A model generated the notes under the pieces. That model made no database searches and was not told the DNA's origin. It saw nothing but the letters and a program-made list of their open reading frames with translations. 43,684 nucleotides of DNA from Halocafeteria seosinensis (Eukaryota): NCBI GenBank assembly GCA_001687465.1, contig LVLI01000630.1, positions 1 to 43,684 of the forward strand, written 5' to 3'. A program made the position numbers and the translations under genes. Below are positions 36,104 to 43,684 of this stretch, piece after piece (position 1 is the stretch's first letter; every line of letters starts with the position of its first letter).

Positions 36104-36958
36104 GGTTCCGAAAACCCTGTATAAAGCAAGCAAAATGGTGAATATCTGGCAACAGGGTTCAAATGGCCCGAGAGAGGCAGCAGATAGGGGCAGCCCAAGA
36201 GGAACAAAAAGGGTCTTGAACTTCACTGACACGGTCGATTTGGACGTACTTTTTCTTGGTGTTCTGCGGAAGAATTCAAACCAGTCTCTGGTGAATATGA
36301 ATCCCCAGTGGATGATAAACAAACGAGTGGTCGTCTGCCATACAACCAGCCAGACTTCGGCGATAGAGCTCTCGATTTAGCCTGACACAGGTGAAACAAT
36401 TGTTTGCTGTCTCCTACCGCGGCAAGCCGGGCAAGGGTGACCGGAAGAAGCAGAAGAAGGAATTCCTCAAGTGAGTAGCGGATTCGCCTTAGAAGCAGTG
36501 TGCCTCCTAGAGCGATGCCAGTAAATCAATTGTAATCAAAAAGTTGTTAGGCATTGTTATTATGGGTACAGGCTATGCTGCGTTGAAATAGTTTCGCCTC
36601 CTCGCTGAAGTTACCGCAGAGTTCTCTGGACACACACACAACTGGAGCGGAACTTACACTTTGGCAACTTGTAACTTTGGGTCGTTCTTCAGTCTCATTT
36701 TGCACCCCCAACACCGTAGTCACTTCTTTATGCGTAATTAACAAATAAAATACTCTTAACAGGCGCATCAATGAGCTCAAGGAGACGAAGCACTTCCACT
36801 GTTGAACTTTTAGACGAAGTACTGTGCACAGGAAGCCATTCGCATTCGCGAAGTTGTTACACTTCCATGTAAATTACATGTGCATAGCAAAGCTGTATTG
36901 TGTGTCGTAATATTCATATGATTGTTATTTGGTGGAACAGAATACAATAAGGTATGCT

Positions 36959-38123
36959 ATGAGTTCGCGAATCGCACCGGTGGTGGAGCCGGCATTGGAG
37001 AACTGCGATGTCCGTGGGAAGGCGCTAGATCGCAGGATCCAGGAATTAGAGAAGACAGTTGGCGGTTTGCGCGGCGGCAGCACTGCTCGATCTCCATCCC
37101 AGGTTGGGAACGATGGCCAACCGGAAGCGCAGACGAACTCACTTCATGGACAAGAAATCTTGGTAAGATGGGGGTCGTTCGAGTGAAGTGGAAGTGTGAA
37201 TGGCGCATTACTGGATGGTGTTGCAGTGTCCATTGAGCAAAGTGGGATTTCTCATCGGCGAAATACAGGCCCATCCAGACAAGAAGCAGGAGGTGCTTGT
37301 ACCTTTCGGCGAAGATACTTATGCATGGTGCAGCATGGAGAAAGCGTGTGAAATATTTGACCACCGAATCAGCTGTAAGCCTGCCAGGGTGGAAGCCAAG
37401 GACTTGAAGCGTACAGGCCACATTTCTGTTGCAGATATGAAGAAGCATCACAGGGAAGTCGTAGAGCGCGAGCACAAAGCACTAGTTACCTTGAATAGCC
37501 AAATACATGCTCTGACAGGTGTACCAGCCTGCTACGCGTTATCCAACCAGGCCGTTGGTGCAGCATCAGAGAGTAAGTTATGAGACAGAAACAAAAGAAA
37601 GACAGCGACTGTAACTGTTTGGCAATTGTTTCCAACAGAGGAGGAGGAAAGCGGGATGCGAGGATCAGTAGTACAGAGTGAAGATGGCACAGTGAACATT
37701 CAGGAGTTTGAGCACGGCACTGTTGAGAGCAGTGCCAGTGGGACTCAATTGACGTCCCCTTCGAAAGCAGGGAAGGAGATTTCTGAGAAAGATTGGAATC
37801 ATATCCAGCGTATGCTAGACTACTACGAGTGGATGGAGCGCCAAGAAACTCAGGCTGGTCCGCCCGATGCCGAGGAAAAACAAGTCGAGCAAGACAAAAG
37901 CAGTGTAGCCAGCTCTGCTACCACCAGCTACACTACTCGCGAGGCGATCACCGAATCAAATAGCCCTCAAACAAGTTCTCGAAGGCGCAACCAAAATGAA
38001 GCAATCACCGATACAGTATTCGAACGGAATCCGCTTCCAGAAAGGAATGCTCCTAGTAGTACTCAGTCGTCAGAAATAAAGCCCGTCTCGCGATTCAAAC
38101 AAAGACTAAGGAAAGGAGGCTGA
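36959..38123 (+). CDS. URI1: Unconventional prefoldin RPB5 interactor URI1/Bud27-like, 3 exons
   Basis: Exons about 36959-37162, 37227-37573, 37639-38123. Alpha-prefoldin hairpins ILCPLSKVGFLIG..EVLVPFGEDTYAWCS..IFDHR and a terminal URI-box-like KPVSRFKQR. Confidence 0.78.
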
Positions 38124-38166
38124 CGCTACAACAAAACTAGGTACATATTAACGATAGATCTGTTAC

Positions 38167-41100
38167 CTATTGCTCGTCTTTCCTTTCCTTCGGCTTCACA
38201 CCTCGTCCTCGACCTCTTCCTGCACCGAGTGTGTTTCGCTGCGAGGTGCTGTACACCGTTAGCTGCCCTTTAAGCATTCTGTCTTTCTTCTGGGTATGCT
38301 TTTCCTGTTCTTCTTTCTCTCGCTCAAGTTGTGCTTTCTCTTCTTCAGACATCATGTTCATTTTCCGCTCCTCCTTTTTCTTCTCTTCTTCCTTCTCTTG
38401 CTCTTTCTGTTTCTTCATTTCCTGGAAGAACTTCTTCGATCGTTCGTCGGGTGACAGTTGGCTCCGATCAAATGCCTGAAATACCCCTGCAGGCACGCTG
38501 TACGGCATTGTGCTTCGTCTTCTGCTAACCGTACTGCCATCTTCATTCTCTTCTTCGTTGTCAACAGAATGTTCGCGAGTTTGCGAAGGTACACTTTCTG
38601 CTTTCGTACGGCCAGTCTGTCTTTCTTCGTTGGCTGCTTTCTGGGAAGCTTCGGCACCATGTTGCTTCAATAGCCTTTCCGCGCGTTTCAATTCATCATT
38701 AATATCGTCAGCGAGCTTATTTAAGTTTTCATCGTTCTCGGCAGCCTCACTTGCATTGAACATCTGGTCAATGATTGACTGAGCGGAGCGCAGTGTTTCT
38801 GTTGCTTTTTCGAAGCGCCCCAATCTTCGGTAGAGTGAGCCCAAGTGAAGAAGACTCTCGAAATGCCTGCAGCAGAACAACTAATCCTTAACATTGGAAC
38901 GTGTAAGATCACAAGCACCTCAAACGTACGTTTCATCAATATCTATCGCCTTTGCATAGCACTCAATGGCACTGAGTAGCTCATCACAATGATTAGTTTC
39001 ATCGCTAGGATCAACGAACTCAGAATTTACAGCATCCTCGGGAGCTTCGTCCACCCACACTCTCTGATAAAAATGTCCGACTGCGGCGTGGACATCCGCC
39101 ACATCACCGAACTTTTCAACAGCTTTGCTCAGAACATCCCACGCGTCGTCTACTCTCTTCAAAAGATGCAATTCGTAAGTGGCACCCAAGTACGGTCTCA
39201 CAGTTTTCGGATCCAGATCTATAAGTTTTTTATAGTGATGCGCAGCCAATTCGTGCTGTGAGCATTGCACACAAATCGAAGTAATTCCACAAACATTCCT
39301 ACGGACACCGCTACCTATTAACTTACGTCTTCGTCGTCTTGTCTCCGTCGCGCATAACATGCAGCCAAGTTTAAGTGCGGTGACTTAAGGGATGGTGCGA
39401 TATCGACAGCGTTTTTGTAATGTTCAATGGCGGAGTCTAAGTCACCGCGCTTTTCTTGAGCAACTCCCAAATTGATATAAGCGTACACGAACTTAGAATT
39501 GCTTTGCAACGCAGCTGCGAAATGCGCCTCGGCAGCGTCAATTTGACCTTGAGCCACCAACGCCTCTCCAAGGGCGCAATGAGCATCTGGATTGTAGGGA
39601 TCACTGGACAAAAGTTTCTGCAGAAAGGGCATTGCCTCCTCTCCTCGGTTATCCCGGAGCAAAGCGCGTGATAGCTTCAACAGCACCCGCTCATCTGTTT
39701 CAGCTAACTTGTATGCCTCTCGTAGAGCCTTTACAGATTCAGCATGAGACCCTTTAGCAGTGTAAACATCGGCAAGAGAGACATATGGCCCTTTTAAATC
39801 GGGAGCCTTGCTAGTAGCTGTCGTCATCCATTCAATTGCCGTGTCATAATCTCCTCTTTTCCACCCAACACGCCCTTTACCGACGTGCGCGAAAGCGTCG
39901 TCCGGATCGTTCTTTAAGCACAAGTCAAAAAGTTCTTCTGCTGGCTCTAACTTTTTCTTCCGCGCGGCGATTAGAAGCAACAAGCCCCCATACCATATTT
40001 CAAATTCAGAAAGGGATGCGCACAGTAGCTGAACATCCCTACCGTTTTCTTTTCCGACTATCGAGAATGCAAGCCGCTCTTCCGATACTTCATCCTGAAT
40101 TCCATTTGAACGACGCACAACCGTCCTGACACGTGCAGCCGATGCTTCTCGAATCATCTTCATCCATGCATCTTTGTCCTCTGAAAAATCAGCGCGGAGT
40201 TCCCTCGTTGGTCGCAGAGGACCAAACTCGAGTGTAAATCCCAAATCTCCATTATCCTTAACTTCACACCCTTCTAACGGGATCCTCCCTTTTTCCTCCG
40301 GATTTTCCGGACTCTTGTAATAGACGAGTTGAGCCCCGGTGAGTGTGAACCACCTCTGCGAAGAGCTTCGTTAATAAATATGACATAAAATAGTACCGCA
40401 CGTCCTCACAAACCTTCGTCCAAACAGCCCAGCCCCCTTTGGCCCCGCCTTTTTTGTGCAGCCATCCGGATAATCGTTCCGTTTTACGATTGCGATGATG
40501 CCAATGTAGTTCCCTTGCTGTCTCGCGGAACTTTGGGTTTGCCTGGTTAAGAGTATATTTGTCCAGTCCGAGTAATGGCATTTCATCTTTATGCAACATT
40601 GCCTCCCAACGACCACTTACTTTATACTTCTCCCATGCATCTCCGTGCATGCCCTGTCGAAGATATTGCACTTCGTCCAGATCCACTGCGGCAGCAGGCA
40701 AAATTTCAGGTTCAAAACAAAGCCAAGCCAAACTCTTAATTGACAGTCGTACCGAATTCGGAAGCTTTCCTTGAGGGGATCCATTCAAGCCACTTGTAAT
40801 TGGGAGAGACTCGAAAATGTCGCTGGAAGTACAATAACCCCTCGACGTAAGCGTTAACTCTACCAGTCAGTAAATGAAGCAACTCAGCACACGTACTCGC
40901 ATGGGTCTCCCTTTGGTCCCCACCTTGATCAGAGGCGTCCCAATGCGTAATTGACGCACTACATCCGCTGGAATACTGAATAAAGGCTGTTGAGGAGGTT
41001 GATGTGTTGGGCCTGAGGAGGACGCTCCACGGTCTGTTTCGCCCCCTTCGCTCGATCCCATGGCCGACGCGGCAGCGCCCGAAGACTTCTGACCTAGATC

Positions 41101-41259
41101 GTTCGAAGTAGATGCCACAGAGCCTCTACGGCTTTCATCATCGTCCTGTGTGGACTGATCTTCGGTCTCCTCTCCGGAGGATTCTTCCTCTTCATCCTCC
41201 TCTTCCTCTTCTTTGGTCGATTCCGGGAGGGGATCGTGCTCTTGTCTCGAAGAAGCCAT
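38167..41259 (-). CDS. PH-domain plus TPR-repeat protein, multi-exon
   Basis: Acidic N-terminus, a PLC-type PH start (LRIGTPLIKVGTKGRPMRRHFRVSPNYKWLEW), a canonical PH (SGWLHKKGG..WTKRWFTL..LVYYK..DAWMKMI), multiple TPRs (39318-39950, 38800-39260) and a charged tail. Confidence 0.8.
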
Positions 41260-42075
41260 TGTGCCAGAAGGGTATAAACGTTCGAAATGGGTCGAAATGG
41301 TATAAAACAAGCCCAGACAGGGGGTCAACGACGCGTCCAAGGCGCTCAAGGGGGGCCTTTTTGCCACTTATCAAGCTGACAACAGTGCCTATTTACTCCA
41401 ATTTTTCCATCACGTCCGTACGACGGAAAAGAACAAAGGATTTCCTGTATAATCAATATGCTAGAGTGACATACTACTGGGTAAAAAGACATGTATAGAC
41501 CCAAATGCAGCCAGTCCAACGGATGCCACGACCTCCCTCGGTCTACTCTCCTCATCCTCCCTCGGTCATGGTGTCTCCTCTGTCATCCAGTCCAACATTT
41601 GTTTGCTCGATTCGAAAGGAAGTGAGTAACTGTGAGCAGATCACCGCTGCGGGATCCCCCTTAGTTTTCCTTTTTGTCGTTTTGGGATTCCAAGAATCGT
41701 AGCTGGTGGGAGATGTGGAACTAACAATCGTTGTGAATTAGCAGCGCGGAACGTGCTAGTGGTGGTCTACTTAACATTGCCGATAGACCTTGGGGTCGGA
41801 TGACCGACCTGCTATCTAGTCACTTGGCGACAAGCAAGGAGGACGTGGAATTCGACACGTATCCTCCTACCACTTGGCGACGCCAACTACTCGGAAACCT
41901 TGTGTATGCACTGAATTGGGAAACATAGTTCAAGAAAACGAAAGAAAGAATAGAGAAGGGTTGAATACTAGGTGGCAGACTCAAGATCATGGCGTACCGG
42001 GCTGGCTTACCCGTAGCAGGTTGTGGTATTGAGGCGAAACCGAGTTCGAAACTCCCCAATATACGCAGAAACTAC

Positions 42076-43684
42076 CTAATCCAACTCAGCGTACCCCAAG
42101 GCAACTCGAGAGCGGCGCCCGATTCCCACTCGTCGGTGGTCGTGTAATGCTCGTACTTCCTTTTCTGCAATGTCAGTGTGCCTTTTATCGCGCTCGAGTA
42201 ACTCAATTAGATGTTCCAAGCTCCGTATCTGATTCTCAAGATGCTGCAACGAGCACGGTATGTATATAACAAACAATGACATGAACGCACTTTAATAGGT
42301 CAAAAGTTGTGTACCCACTTCGTATACTTGCTGAAGAAACTTCTTGACCGCCGGATTGTCTTCCGACCGAGCGTGCTCGCTTTTTCGAGGATGGTATTCC
42401 TGACGTACACGTTGCAGATCCTCGATCCGTGCTCGGAGGTTATCACGCTCCAAGTTAGACCTTGTTCCTCGACAACCCTTCAGTTTTGTCTCAACAGCTC
42501 TTAGTCGATCCCTCAAGGCCTCCTCTTCAGGGAAAATTCTGTCTTCTATCCCAATGTTGCCTCGCTGTGTTCGACTAGCGAGGTGGACATCGATCTTCTT
42601 CATCACCTTTAAAATGTTACTCGTGGTTCGCAAGCAATTATCATAAATACGTTCGACACGGTTTTTCTGATCTTCCAGAAACGCTAGCTTGTTCTTAACT
42701 CCGTCAGTAATTTGCTGCACTCCAAAAACAATGCTAACGTGTCTGGGATCTAACATGATGCCACCATCACGTACCTGTTGCTTTGTTTCAAAATCGCGGC
42801 ACGAATCAGCCATCTGTTGTAGTTTCTTATCATATCCACTAAAACCTACTACCATCAGCGGCATTAAGTCTTGCCCCGACGTGTTAGAATTTCCATCCGC
42901 ATATCTATCTCTTTGGCCTTGCTGCCATCCTAGGTCCCATTCATCCTGGGTGAACATAGATGGTTTGATGTGCGGAGAAACTGAGGAATCTCGAGTCTCG
43001 TACAATATTTTCTGCATTTTATGAGGAAAACGATACACACGTTGAACTCCAAACATTCTCTCTCAAGCCAATGTATTCTTACCTTAAACTGGCATTTCTC
43101 CGGGTCGTTTGTATATGCTAGCCACAGCTCCTTATAACGCTGTTCTACGTCGTCGCTTACTGTGAAACTACCGCCACCACCATATCCCCATTGCTGCTGA
43201 GGCTTTAGAGACGGTTGCCTCTCATTGAGCCCTCCCGCCATACCTCCTACGATAAGCCGCTGATCTGCGTTCTGCTGTTGCTCCTGAGTGACCTGGTTTC
43301 CCTGCTGTTGTTGACCTGGGCCAGCAACAGCTCCACTGAATCCCCCTGTCGAAAAAAGGCCACCACCACTTTGCTGTTGGCCTCCAAAAAGTCCTCCCTG
43401 TTGCTGCTGGCCTCCAAAAAGTCCTCCCTGTTGCTGTTGGCCTCCAAAGAGTCCTCCTTGTTGCTTTTGGCCTCCAAAGAGACTACTACCTCCCTGTTGT
43501 TGGCCGAATAGACCTCCGCCGCCTCCTCCTGTTCCTTGTTGACCGAAAAGCCCACCACCTCCCTGCTGTTGCTGACCCCCTCCTCCTGAGCCAAAGAGAC
43601 CCCCACCACCGCCGCCGCCAAGCCCTGTCCCTTGTTGCTGTTGATTTCCAAAAAGACTTCCACCACCACCACCAATTCCTGTCC
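42076..43684 (-). CDS. NUP54: GLFG nucleoporin Nup54/Nup57, 5' end outside the window
   Basis: GGLFGGQQQQ repeats followed by DPEKCQFK, KPSMFTQDEWD and LMPLMVVGF (Nup54 domain pattern) and coiled coils across short introns. Confidence 0.8.
43355..43482 (-). repeat. 30-bp coding tandem repeat encoding GGLFGGQQQQ
   Basis: Near-identical units of ttgctgttggcctccaaaaagtcctccctg repeated about four times. Confidence 0.9.

Noticed and set aside
36104..36322. Apparent 73-aa hydrophobic N-terminal extension on eIF3a
   Set aside because: The ORF begins at a non-ATG codon; family similarity starts at the ATG at 36103, so this is probably 5' UTR or promoter.
13321..43684. Functional clustering of nuclear pore and translation genes (TPR, SUMO protease, NUP54, EIF6, EIF3A)
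   Set aside because: Unrelated genes are interspersed and orientations are mixed; this is expected by chance in a dense housekeeping region.
43340..43684. Regular ~30-bp repeats resembling a CRISPR array or minisatellite
   Set aside because: No unique spacers; fully explained as GLFG nucleoporin coding repeats.

Overview
Gene-dense eukaryotic (protist-like) nuclear DNA with many short GT-AG introns, mostly 60-100 nt; the lineage cannot be fixed from sequence alone. From left to right: an intronless LRR gene, a TA-flanked MITE, PA28/PSME3, a family I pyrophosphatase with an N-terminal membrane anchor, AP-2 alpha adaptin, a ~5 kb block of orphan ORFs (one with a degenerate Myb-like repeat), nucleoporin Tpr/Mlp1, a ~0.6 kb hairpin-rich non-coding segment, eIF6, a SENP/Ulp2-type SUMO protease, two tandem cAR/GCR1-like GPCR paralogues, sphingolipid fatty acid 2-hydroxylase, eIF3a, URI1/Bud27, a PH-in-PH plus TPR protein, and a partial GLFG nucleoporin Nup54. 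I found no multi-gene novel system that I can support. The best leads are the unidentified structured RNA candidate, the nested PH protein, the membrane-anchored PPase and a UAP56-binding-like motif in the Tpr tail. All family calls come from motif recognition by eye, not database searches, and exon boundaries were inferred manually.
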